Shown piece by piece: positions 21,130-30,240 of a stretch of DNA of 64,000 nucleotides. This DNA is from an uncultured archaeon (GTDB lineage: Archaea; Asgardarchaeota; Lokiarchaeia; Sigyniarchaeales; SOKP01). Where the stretch lies: NCBI GenBank assembly GCA_964508365.1, contig CAZDTP010000006.1:1-64000 (forward strand), in the 5' to 3' direction. Numbering within the stretch: the stretch's first letter is position 1; each line of letters begins with the position of its first letter. The position numbers were made by a program, and so were the translations under genes. The notes beneath the pieces are model-generated. The model worked only from the letters and a program-made list of their open reading frames with translations, was not told the origin of the DNA and searched no databases.

Positions 21130-22026
21130 ATGACAAATGTATTAATTCTTGGTAAAAGTGGGATGTTGGGTTCAATGGTTTATCATTATTTTTCAAATTT
21201 TACTAATCTGATTGTTTATGGAACTGTTAGAAATCCGGATTACATGCAAGAGAATGATCTATTCTTTGACGCTTATAATTTTAAGCAATTAGAGGAAAAA
21301 GACTTCATCGATTTGAATATCGATTATATCATTAATTGTATTGGTATCACAAAACCATTTTCAAAAGACAACGATCCTGAAGGAGTTAAACGAGCAATAG
21401 CAATAAATTCAAAGTTTCCTTGGCAGCTAGCTGAGTATGCAAGTAAACACGACATTAAAGTAATTCAAATTGGTACTGATTGTGTATTTTCCGGTAAAGG
21501 AGGGTTGTATGACGAAGATAGTCCGCACGATCCCTTAGATGTGTATGGCAAGTCAAAAAGTTTAGGAGAAGTTTTTGATGGATCAGCGTTAATAATTAGA
21601 TGCTCGATAATTGGCCCCGAAGCAAAAGATCAGAAATCATTTTTATTAGAATGGTTTTTTAGCCAACCTCAAGGCGGTACAATTGGAGGTTTTGAACATC
21701 ATTTATGGAACGGGGTCACCACGCTTCAGTTTGCTCAACTTTGTGAAAAAATTATTGTTTCTAATGGCTACGATGAGTTACTCGAGAAATCGTATGTTCA
21801 TCATTTTACACCAAATACCACAGTAAACAAATATGAGTTAATGAATATTTTCAATGAGACTTTTAAAAAAGGGCTATCAATAAATCAAATTAATAAACCA
21901 GATGAAAAAGTTGATCGCACGCTAGCCTCAAAATACAACATTTTAGATAAGTACTACGAAAAGAAAGAAATGAAAGTAGCTATTGACGAATTAAAGGAAT
22001 ATAATGATAATCGTATAACTAGATAA
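21130..22026 (+). CDS. RmlD-like NDP-4-keto-6-deoxyhexose reductase
   Basis: GKSGMLG, IGTDCVFSG and YGKSK motifs. Confidence 0.88.
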   Translation: MTNVLILGKSGMLGSMVYHYFSNFTNLIVYGTVRNPDYMQENDLFFDAYNFKQLEEKDFIDLNIDYIINCIGITKPFSKDNDPEGVKRAIAINSKFPWQLAEYASKHDIKVIQIGTDCVFSGKGGLYDEDSPHDPLDVYGKSKSLGEVFDGSALIIRCSIIGPEAKDQKSFLLEWFFSQPQGGTIGGFEHHLWNGVTTLQFAQLCEKIIVSNGYDELLEKSYVHHFTPNTTVNKYELMNIFNETFKKGLSINQINKPDEKVDRTLASKYNILDKYYEKKEMKVAIDELKEYNDNRITR

Positions 22027-22046
22027 CACTATTTTTTGCTTGTATT

Positions 22047-23117
22047 TTACCTACTAAAATTTTTTGAGAAATTCAGTGAATTTCCTATAAGAATGTTACA
22101 AATTTTATCTGAAATATTTTCCCCATAATGAGTTACTGGCTCAATTTTGTGTGATAGAGCCATATCTGTTGCATCTAGCATTTGATCAACATCTATACCA
22201 CTAAGTGAATTCACTCCAAGTTCAATTAAGTCTATTCTTTCAGTGCTTTCTCTAATCGTGATACAAGGAGTACCAAATATAGCACTTTCTTCTACGACAG
22301 TTCCACTATCAGTTAAGACTAGTTCTGCTTCTTTCTCCATTCCTAAAAATTCTAGAAATCCTTGAGGAGGGATGGGTATGACACCTTCGGGAAATTCAAA
22401 TCCATATTTATCCATCATTATCTTAGCTTTAGGCATTAGTATGAATTTAATCTCAATGTTCTTTTTTTGATAGAGTATCCCTAGGAATGTTAGAATCTTG
22501 TGTAATTTTTCTTTAATCTCTAAATTTTCCGCACGATGGCATGTAACCAAATAAAAGGGGTTGTCTTGGTGGAATGTTGTTTGCACAGCGTGAACTACCT
22601 CAATTATTGGATTGCCAACGACCCAACACCTACGAGGATTAATTCCCTCTCTTATTAAATTTTCTCTGTGCTCAGGTAAATAACAAATGTTCAAATCTGC
22701 TAAATGATCGATTACAACTCGGTTCTTTTCTTCAGGCATTATCCAATTCTTACTACGCATACCAGCCTCTATGTGGATTAGAGGAATATTTAATTTTGAT
22801 GTTGCTAATGCAAATCCTAAGCTACTGTTATTATCACCTAGAACTACAACAAAGACGGGAGCTTCTTTAATCAAGACTTTTTCAAAATCGATCATTAACT
22901 TAGCTACTTGTGAAGCGTGGGTTCCACTTTTTATGTCAAGGTTGAAATCAGAAGGGCGGACATGTAACTGCTCGTAAAAAATCTTATTCAAGTTATAATC
23001 GTAATGTTGACCACTGTCAACTATGATGTTATTAAAAAGTTTATCTAACTTCTTTATAATTTGGGAAAGACGAATAATATCCGGTCTAATTCCGATACAA
23101 GTTATAATTTTCTTCAT
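22047..23117 (-). CDS. wecB: UDP-N-acetylhexosamine 2-epimerase (non-hydrolysing)
   Basis: GIRPDIIRL, SGQHYD, LGD, HIEAGMRS, MPEEKNR and TDSGTVVEE motifs. Confidence 0.9.
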   Translation of the reverse strand: MKKIITCIGIRPDIIRLSQIIKKLDKLFNNIIVDSGQHYDYNLNKIFYEQLHVRPSDFNLDIKSGTHASQVAKLMIDFEKVLIKEAPVFVVVLGDNNSSLGFALATSKLNIPLIHIEAGMRSKNWIMPEEKNRVVIDHLADLNICYLPEHRENLIREGINPRRCWVVGNPIIEVVHAVQTTFHQDNPFYLVTCHRAENLEIKEKLHKILTFLGILYQKKNIEIKFILMPKAKIMMDKYGFEFPEGVIPIPPQGFLEFLGMEKEAELVLTDSGTVVEESAIFGTPCITIRESTERIDLIELGVNSLSGIDVDQMLDATDMALSHKIEPVTHYGENISDKICNILIGNSLNFSKNFSR

Positions 23118-23188
23118 ATTTTCTTAAAAGGTTTATGATATATAATTTTAGTATATCTTTTCAACCATTTTAATTTCTCTTGTAATCG

Positions 23189-24055
23189 TTACCAAAGAAA
23201 TCCCTTTATGGTCTTCCTTTTTTTCTTTAAATTAAGAAAAAATTTCTTGAGATAATAAATAAGTAAACAAGCGAAAATATCAAGCGTTAGGGTTCTTAAT
23301 ATTATTTTTGAATATCCATACTCACGGTTATAGAGTTTAATAGGACATTCAAGAATTCGATGTTCTGATAATTTTGCTTGAAGAATTTGTTCAGTGCAAA
23401 AGGCGTAACCTATAAATTTTGCTTTGATGAAGAGAGGGATGAGTTTCTTATCAAACGCGCGAAACCCGTTTTGGTTATTCATAATTTTAATACCAAAGAA
23501 GAAATGAAGAAATTTCTCGATTAAAACTTCGCCTAGTCTCGTAGCTATGGGTAAACGGTAGTGATAAGAGCCTAAATACCTTGAACCAATAGTATAATCT
23601 GCTACTCCGTCAAAAATTGGTTTTATAAGATTATATATATCATCAGGGCTGTGTTGTCCATCAGTATCCATACTTACAATGACGTCTCCAGTTGCACATT
23701 GCATTCCCGTAATTATAGCGTTGCCGTATCCTCTATTTGCGAGATGACGAATTATTTTAAAATTAGCATATCCATCTACTTTTCTGATTTCGTTTAAGCT
23801 ATTATCAGAAGAATTATCGTCTATAATGATGATTTCAATACTTTTATTCCTAGGGAGATCCTCTAGTATTGACCGAATAGTATTTTCTTCGTTATATAAA
23901 GGTAAAATAATGGATAATATTATGGATTTTCCAGCATTTTGATGTTTATCTAAATATTCATACATCTCTTGAAAATCTGAAGCATTTTTAGTATATCTGG
24001 TTCTAATACTATTAATTGGAACCGCACTTGAATTGACGCGATTTAATAGCTTCAA
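23189..24055 (-). CDS. GT2 polyprenol-phosphate glycosyltransferase (DPM1-like), paralog A
   Basis: LPLYNEE, IDDNSSD, NRGYG, MDTDGQH, IGSRY and NNQNGFRAF motifs. Confidence 0.9.
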   Translation of the reverse strand: MKLLNRVNSSAVPINSIRTRYTKNASDFQEMYEYLDKHQNAGKSIILSIILPLYNEENTIRSILEDLPRNKSIEIIIIDDNSSDNSLNEIRKVDGYANFKIIRHLANRGYGNAIITGMQCATGDVIVSMDTDGQHSPDDIYNLIKPIFDGVADYTIGSRYLGSYHYRLPIATRLGEVLIEKFLHFFFGIKIMNNQNGFRAFDKKLIPLFIKAKFIGYAFCTEQILQAKLSEHRILECPIKLYNREYGYSKIILRTLTLDIFACLLIYYLKKFFLNLKKKRKTIKGFLW

Positions 24056-24338
24056 ATTAAGACCTTAGGAGAATTTAGATTGAATGATAACAGAAAAAAC
24101 TACAAATGAGTTAATAAGAAAAGAGTATAATACAATTTAAATTTAATTATAACATTTTCGCTTAAGAATTCTGTATGTTCGCATTATTCCATACCATTAA
24201 TGCCAATTAGAGGGAAAATCTCATTGATAGCCGTATCTTTAGTTTAAAATTTTAATTAAATTACTAAATCAAAATTAGGTTCAAAAGATATACTTATGAT
24301 AGATAGATTTTGTATGATAAAAGATATTTTTACTTAAA

Positions 24339-25322
24339 CTATGACATAAGTTTGGAACTACGTTCAATAAAGAACACAGGGTTAATAGTATCTATGTGTC
24401 TTGTATATCGAGCATAGGAAAAAATCTTAGGACCTTTAACAACTTTTTCGTAAATCTGAATCTGACCCGTTTTTAATCTTTTAAAAATTGTTATATTCAA
24501 TTTAACTAGAATATATTGAAGGATGCAAGAGAAGAGGTTCATAGTTAATTTGGTCAAAATGATATTTGAGGTTCCATATTTTCGATCATAGACTTTAATA
24601 GGGCATTCTTTTATTCTATAGCCTTTTATCATAGCTTTGATTATCTGCTCAGTACAAAAGGCATATCCTTCGTATTTAAAATCTTTAAAAATAGCTATGA
24701 CCTTCCTATTAAAAGCTCTAAAACCATTTTGATTATTCATTATTTTTTTGCCAAAGAATATCTGGAGCAGTTTTTCTATAAGTACTTCACCTAACCTAGT
24801 TGAAACAGGGAGTTTATAGAAATAGGATCCTAAATATCGTGAACCAATTGTGTAGTCAGCTTCGTCCATTAAAATTGGTTTAACCATTGCTAAGATATCG
24901 TAGGGACTATGTTGTCCATCAGAATCCATAGTTACTATTATTTCGCCTTGTGCGTTGTTTATTCCAGTAACAATAGCTGCCCCGTATCCGCGGTTTTTGT
25001 CGTGTTTAATCACTTTAATTTCATTGTTTTCGTTAATCCTTTCAATTTCTTTTAAACTGTTGTCTTTTGAGTGATCATCCACAACAATTATCTCTATCGA
25101 TTTATCTCTTGGTAAGTTTCCTAATACCTTCCCAATTGTTTGTTCCTCGTTATACAACGGTAAAACGATTGATATTAAAATCTGGTCATCTTTAGGTTTA
25201 AACTGATTAATAAATTCATAGAAATCGAGAAATGGGTCTTCTATCGGTTTAGAATAATCGAGAACCTCTATTAAAGACGAAGTAAGATTTTTAGATTCTA
25301 AAGATTTCAAAAACGGCTCCAT
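24339..25322 (-). CDS. GT2 polyprenol-phosphate glycosyltransferase (DPM1-like), paralog B
   Basis: LPLYNEE, VDDHSKD, NRGYG, MDSDGQH, IGSRY and NNQNGFRAF motifs. Confidence 0.9.
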   Translation of the reverse strand: MEPFLKSLESKNLTSSLIEVLDYSKPIEDPFLDFYEFINQFKPKDDQILISIVLPLYNEEQTIGKVLGNLPRDKSIEIIVVDDHSKDNSLKEIERINENNEIKVIKHDKNRGYGAAIVTGINNAQGEIIVTMDSDGQHSPYDILAMVKPILMDEADYTIGSRYLGSYFYKLPVSTRLGEVLIEKLLQIFFGKKIMNNQNGFRAFNRKVIAIFKDFKYEGYAFCTEQIIKAMIKGYRIKECPIKVYDRKYGTSNIILTKLTMNLFSCILQYILVKLNITIFKRLKTGQIQIYEKVVKGPKIFSYARYTRHIDTINPVFFIERSSKLMS

Positions 25323-25433
25323 ACTTTTTATTAAATGATTTACGGGTTTTTTAAGTGCTTGCTATAATTCATTATTAATGAGATAAATATAAACTTATTT
25401 CAATTTAAATAGAGATATATTAAAAGTAGTAAT

Positions 25434-26408
25434 TTAATTAACTTTCAATCCATAGGAAATTTGCCATTTGTATTGATTTTTTAGTCCTACATCGATGTTT
25501 ACTTTTGGCGAAAATCCCAGTAATTTCCTCGCTTTGGACACATCAGAATGAGTAAGCTCAACATCTCCTTTTTGTTTTTCGATGTATCTTATTTTTTTAT
25601 TAACACATGTTATGCTGTACATTTTTTCGACAAGTTCGTTAACTTCGATTGGAGAAGAGCCTCCCAAATTGAACACTTCTCCCTTTGCACTGTCTTTCTC
25701 TCCTGCGAGGATTAAACCATCAATGATATCAGATATATAAGTAAAGTCTCTTTTTTGAGTCCCATTACCATAAATCGGTATTTCCTTATTCTGCAGCATT
25801 AAATTAAAGAATTTTCTTATTGCCATATCAGGACGCCCCCGAGGACCGTATACAGTGTAAAATCTTAATGAAGTAATGGGAAGATTATATTCCTTATAAT
25901 ATAGATCCGCATAAATTTCCCCACATAGTTTAGTAACTGCGTATGGCGATATTGGACTTTTTGGATGCTCCTCGTCGACTGGAGTATATACGGGATTGCC
26001 GTAAACTGAAGAAGAGGAAGCATAAATTACCTTTTGTATTGAGGGAATATTAATTGAGTATTCAAAAACATTTACCGTGCTCACTATATTGTTATAAGTT
26101 ACAGCTGACGAATTGTGAATAGAATATCTCACACCAGCTTGAGCAGCTAAATGAAAAACATAATCGATTTCGTCGTTAATATTAGTTAGAGTTGAAAATT
26201 TAACTAAATCCCCTTTAATTAACTTATAATCACTGTTTTTTGAGTACTCGCTCAAAATCTCCTTTAACTGTTTCTCTTTACCAGGATAATAATCGTTATA
26301 ATTATCTAATAAGATAAGTAAATTGTTGTGTTTCAAGAGGGTTTCGGTTAAAGATGAACCTATAAAGCCCGCTGCTCCAGTTATCAAGACACATTTATTT
26401 TTAATCAT
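25434..26408 (-). CDS. NAD-dependent UDP-sugar 4-epimerase (UDP-glucuronate/glucose epimerase-like)
   Basis: GAAGFIG, HLAAQAGVR, ASSSSVYG, YAVTK and VYGPRGRPDMA motifs. Confidence 0.9.
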   Translation of the reverse strand: MIKNKCVLITGAAGFIGSSLTETLLKHNNLLILLDNYNDYYPGKEKQLKEILSEYSKNSDYKLIKGDLVKFSTLTNINDEIDYVFHLAAQAGVRYSIHNSSAVTYNNIVSTVNVFEYSINIPSIQKVIYASSSSVYGNPVYTPVDEEHPKSPISPYAVTKLCGEIYADLYYKEYNLPITSLRFYTVYGPRGRPDMAIRKFFNLMLQNKEIPIYGNGTQKRDFTYISDIIDGLILAGEKDSAKGEVFNLGGSSPIEVNELVEKMYSITCVNKKIRYIEKQKGDVELTHSDVSKARKLLGFSPKVNIDVGLKNQYKWQISYGLKVN

Positions 26409-26527
26409 AGTTTTATGAAAACGAGTATTTATAAGAATTTTTCTTATTGAATATTTTTTTTAATTTTCTGTCAAATTAGAGTAAAAAATAAACCTTATGT
26501 TTAATGGTAAATGATTAACTTCTGATT

Positions 26528-28813
26528 ATGTACAATTTTAAGTTGGGATTAATAAAATCACTTCTTCACGTACGTAAGCACTTTAATTGCTATATATTTG
26601 TCGTATCACTTATTTCTGTAGCATTTTTATTATTAAAGTTAATAGGGATTGATATTCTTCTTAATTTTGAGGGTAATATATTATTTGGTTCATTTTTTGG
26701 CTTTTTCTGGATGATTTCTTCAATTTTCATTATTTTATTCTTACCATCATATCCCATTTTCTTTGCAATCTATAAAAATTTCAAATTTAATACACTAGAG
26801 AAGATTTGTTTAACAATAGTTATCAATTTGAGTTTTTACATTATTATAGGGTATTTTGGAAACGGATTAGGGTTTGCTCTAAATATTTATTACTTTTTTT
26901 CACTCTTACTTAGCTTCTATTTCGTACTACTGATCATAAGCTTGATTTTAAATAAGAATAACAAGATCAATAAGAAAAATTCTTTAAAATCTAAGAAAAA
27001 CTATTCAGTAGATAGCTATGAGGATTTCTCGGTTTTTGAATATATAAAAAATAAACTCTCCTTAAATGTAATTCTGTTGATTATCTTTACGGTTTTGCTA
27101 ATTATAGCATTACTTGTTAATGTAGAAATTTTTGGTGGGACAGATCCTTGGTACCACATTTTAATTATTAGAATAATAGTAAATGCTAATTCTTTACCAC
27201 TTAACCAATATTTCGGAGCAATGGGTTTTCATATAATTGGTGCTGTGTTTCATCTATTTTCAGGCATAGAGTTATTATTGATCCCTAATAGCTTTGTATT
27301 ATTTACCATCCCTTTAACATCACTAATCGTATATAATATTATAATGAGAATATTTTCAAATAAATCATTAGCGATCTTTGGCATTTTCATCTTGTTAATC
27401 ACTACATTAGGTTTCATTAATTTAACTTTTCAATATTGGCCTTCCAGTATCGTTTTTATTCAAGGATTAACAATTTTTTTTCTGTTATATGTTAGATTAA
27501 GAAATTACATCAAAGTAGAGAGACCCTCTTGGAAAAAAATCTTAGCTAATTTACCTTTTACTTATTTGTATATCTCTATAGTTTTTATTGCGCTATATCT
27601 CTCTCACTCTCTAATAGCGTTAATATTTCTTATCTCATTTGCATGGATATACCTTGTTTATTTGGTTAAAGACTATAAGCGAGGTTTTGATTTTATGCTA
27701 TGCGTTATACTTTTCGTTATTTTTCTAATTTTATTCATATCTAACATAAGTACGGGGCATCTGAGTGCGTTTAGCTCTATTTTCTCTTTACCCTGGATTT
27801 ACCTGTTATTTGGAGCAATTTCAATTACAATTATAGGAGGAATTTTGATCGTCTACTTAAGAACTCAAATCACATTTGAAAAAGGACGCTTTAATTTAAT
27901 TTTAATGGGGAAAAAATTTAAAATTTATACTACAATTGAGAAATATTTTATCCCCTTAGTTTTCGTTGTGACTTTATTCTTTACTGTAGGATTTTTTATT
28001 GCTAACCTATTATTGTTGAACTTAAATTTAATAACTATTTTTGTAAGTTTCGAAGTTATAATCCTAGTCATATTTGCATTATGGGGGCTCGTAATATTTC
28101 AAAATAAGGCTAAAGGAAAACCATTATTCTTATGGTTACTGTCCTTTGTCTTTATAATTATAGCAGGTCTATTCTCTGATGTGCTTCGAGGCTCATTAAG
28201 TTTCATCTCAAGATTGTTTTACCTTGCCTCGCCTATTATCGCAATTGGGTTTCTTTCATATTTGTATAAATTGATAAAAACAGGTAAGATAAAAAAATTA
28301 CAAATTAAATTTTTTTTTCTTTTCTTTGTGAGTTATTCTTCTACAGTTTCATACTTAGAGCTTTTCTCATCCATAGACTTTTATAGTATTAATAATAACG
28401 AATTAACCGCAGTGCAATGGTATTTACAAAACTCTGATAATCGAAATTTGTTAGTATTAGAATTTGGGTGGAGCCCCGTCTTTGTCTATTTTGATTATCC
28501 ATATGAAGAGAAAAATAGTTCGCTTCCTATTACCACAACTCAAGACTTTTTCACTTTCAATAATATCTTAATTGTACCTGAAAATCATATAAACGAAAAT
28601 GGAACAAATATTTTAAGGGAGTTAAAAGAACAAAGAAATATGGATGTATACATCCTTTTAACTAAAAATTATTTAACAACATTTCAAATGGAATTTTTCG
28701 GAGAACTTACTGACGAACAATTCGAAAACTATTACACATTAGATTATTTAAACAGGATTTTCTCAGTTAAGTACGTAAATGGTGAAAGTCTTCCATATTA
28801 TTGGGTTATTTAA
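26528..28813 (+). CDS. Polytopic membrane protein, probable GT-C-fold glycosyltransferase (STT3/PMT-like layout)
   Basis: About 17 TM segments, a GGTDPWYH motif after an early TM, and a C-terminal soluble domain starting ELTAVQWYLQN. Confidence 0.6.
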   Translation: MYNFKLGLIKSLLHVRKHFNCYIFVVSLISVAFLLLKLIGIDILLNFEGNILFGSFFGFFWMISSIFIILFLPSYPIFFAIYKNFKFNTLEKICLTIVINLSFYIIIGYFGNGLGFALNIYYFFSLLLSFYFVLLIISLILNKNNKINKKNSLKSKKNYSVDSYEDFSVFEYIKNKLSLNVILLIIFTVLLIIALLVNVEIFGGTDPWYHILIIRIIVNANSLPLNQYFGAMGFHIIGAVFHLFSGIELLLIPNSFVLFTIPLTSLIVYNIIMRIFSNKSLAIFGIFILLITTLGFINLTFQYWPSSIVFIQGLTIFFLLYVRLRNYIKVERPSWKKILANLPFTYLYISIVFIALYLSHSLIALIFLISFAWIYLVYLVKDYKRGFDFMLCVILFVIFLILFISNISTGHLSAFSSIFSLPWIYLLFGAISITIIGGILIVYLRTQITFEKGRFNLILMGKKFKIYTTIEKYFIPLVFVVTLFFTVGFFIANLLLLNLNLITIFVSFEVIILVIFALWGLVIFQNKAKGKPLFLWLLSFVFIIIAGLFSDVLRGSLSFISRLFYLASPIIAIGFLSYLYKLIKTGKIKKLQIKFFFLFFVSYSSTVSYLELFSSIDFYSINNNELTAVQWYLQNSDNRNLLVLEFGWSPVFVYFDYPYEEKNSSLPITTTQDFFTFNNILIVPENHINENGTNILRELKEQRNMDVYILLTKNYLTTFQMEFFGELTDEQFENYYTLDYLNRIFSVKYVNGESLPYYWVI

Positions 28814-29594
28814 GAATATCGTATTTCCCAGGAAAAAGACCTTCAAATTTATCTTTTAATATGAGATTTTTATTTCCTTCAATTTTAAAAAACTGTGGTA
28901 ATTTTCCTACTTGTCCAACTTTATTCTCTCGAGATATTAACGCACCATAAACTCCTTCTATATCTTCTGCTGCATCTAACGCATTTTTTATGGATTTCTC
29001 AACATCAACCCCTTTAACTAAATTGGCTACTCTTGTAGCTGCAGCATCCGCTAAAGTTGCATCCCTGGCAAATATGGTGACTGCATCTGCTTGCCCTAAA
29101 CTAATAGCATGCCCTACAGTTGCAGAACTCGTCCCAATTCCGAGAGGACAGTTTTTCTTTTCAATCAAAAAACCAATATTTAAGTTTAACTCGTTGTATC
29201 CTGCAAATAAGGCGATTTTCATATCCTTTTCAGAGTCGACTGCAACTTCTCCTCCATTTTCAACTAACGCAATCTTTGCGGGTACGTAATCGGGATCATC
29301 CTCCAATTTCATCCTATTTAACATGACATCAGCAAGTGCACCTGCGACAGCAGCCATAGGCCCAACATCACATAATACTGAAGCTTCGCTCATTAAATTA
29401 ATAATTTCAAACTCAGTGGTAATCCTTATTGGCGAAAAAGACGTGAGAAATTTATTATTTTGTTTCAGATATTTTTCTAAGATCTTACGATGATATTCAA
29501 GGCTTTCTTTTGCTTTTCTAATAGCAATTTTTGATTCAGAGATTATAGTAACATCCGATTCTTGTTCTAAAAAATGGTGTTTATATATCTTCAA
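28806..29594 (-). CDS. UPF0280 / ApbE-like protein
   Basis: GPMAAVAG, ENGGE, TSSATVGHAISLGQADAV and ADAAAT motifs. Confidence 0.85.
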   Translation of the reverse strand: MKIYKHHFLEQESDVTIISESKIAIRKAKESLEYHRKILEKYLKQNNKFLTSFSPIRITTEFEIINLMSEASVLCDVGPMAAVAGALADVMLNRMKLEDDPDYVPAKIALVENGGEVAVDSEKDMKIALFAGYNELNLNIGFLIEKKNCPLGIGTSSATVGHAISLGQADAVTIFARDATLADAAATRVANLVKGVDVEKSIKNALDAAEDIEGVYGALISRENKVGQVGKLPQFFKIEGNKNLILKDKFEGLFPGKYDILK

Positions 29595-29702
29595 TTTTAT
29601 GATTAATTACCCATTACTAGATCTTAAATCTTGAGATATTGATTTAATTAAATATAAATAAATTCGACTTTATTAATTATTCAAAAATTTAAAAATCGAA
29701 TT

Positions 29703-30194
29703 ATGAGACAAATTAACTACGACGAAATCATCTCACAGCTGAAAACAGAGCTTAATTCTGAATGTGCAATTGCAAATATATATGGAATTGTATTGTCCTC
29801 AAACATAAAAGAATTTTCTAAAGGGAAAGTCATTCCTTATAAAATTCTTTCACTTATCTCTAGTTCTAAAGAGATAGCGACTGAATTAAATTTAAATAAG
29901 ATAAATTCCTTTGCATTAGAAGCTCAAGAGTATAATTATTTGTTTACTTTTAGTAAAGAATTAATTTTAATCTCCAAATTAGGCTTAAATATGAATTTAG
30001 CTAAGTATATGCCTTCAATATCCGTGTTCTTGAAGAAATTAAACGAAAAGTACAAGGAACAAGAAATTACTGAGTTTTCATTATTTGATTTTTCAAAAGA
30101 AATTCAAAAAATTAAAGATACCTTCCAAGAAAAGAAAAGTAGCGATAAGCGATATTCAATTATTAAAGATTTGGTAAATTACATCTCAAAGTAA
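29703..30194 (+). CDS. Roadblock/LC7 (MglB/LAMTOR-like) domain protein
   Basis: By-eye secondary-structure pattern helix-beta-beta-helix-beta-beta-beta-helix (CAIANIYGIVLSS; INSFALEAQ-YNYLFTF-ELILISK); directly upstream of a GTPase gene. Confidence 0.55.
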   Translation: MRQINYDEIISQLKTELNSECAIANIYGIVLSSNIKEFSKGKVIPYKILSLISSSKEIATELNLNKINSFALEAQEYNYLFTFSKELILISKLGLNMNLAKYMPSISVFLKKLNEKYKEQEITEFSLFDFSKEIQKIKDTFQEKKSSDKRYSIIKDLVNYISK

Positions 30195-30240
30195 TAAAAT
30201 AAGAATTGAAAAAAAGATAATGTATTGTGGATGAAAAATT

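Noticed and set aside
26528-28813. Calling this gene aglB (oligosaccharyltransferase)
   Set aside because: The WWDYG motif is absent; only a general GT-C-like layout is supported.
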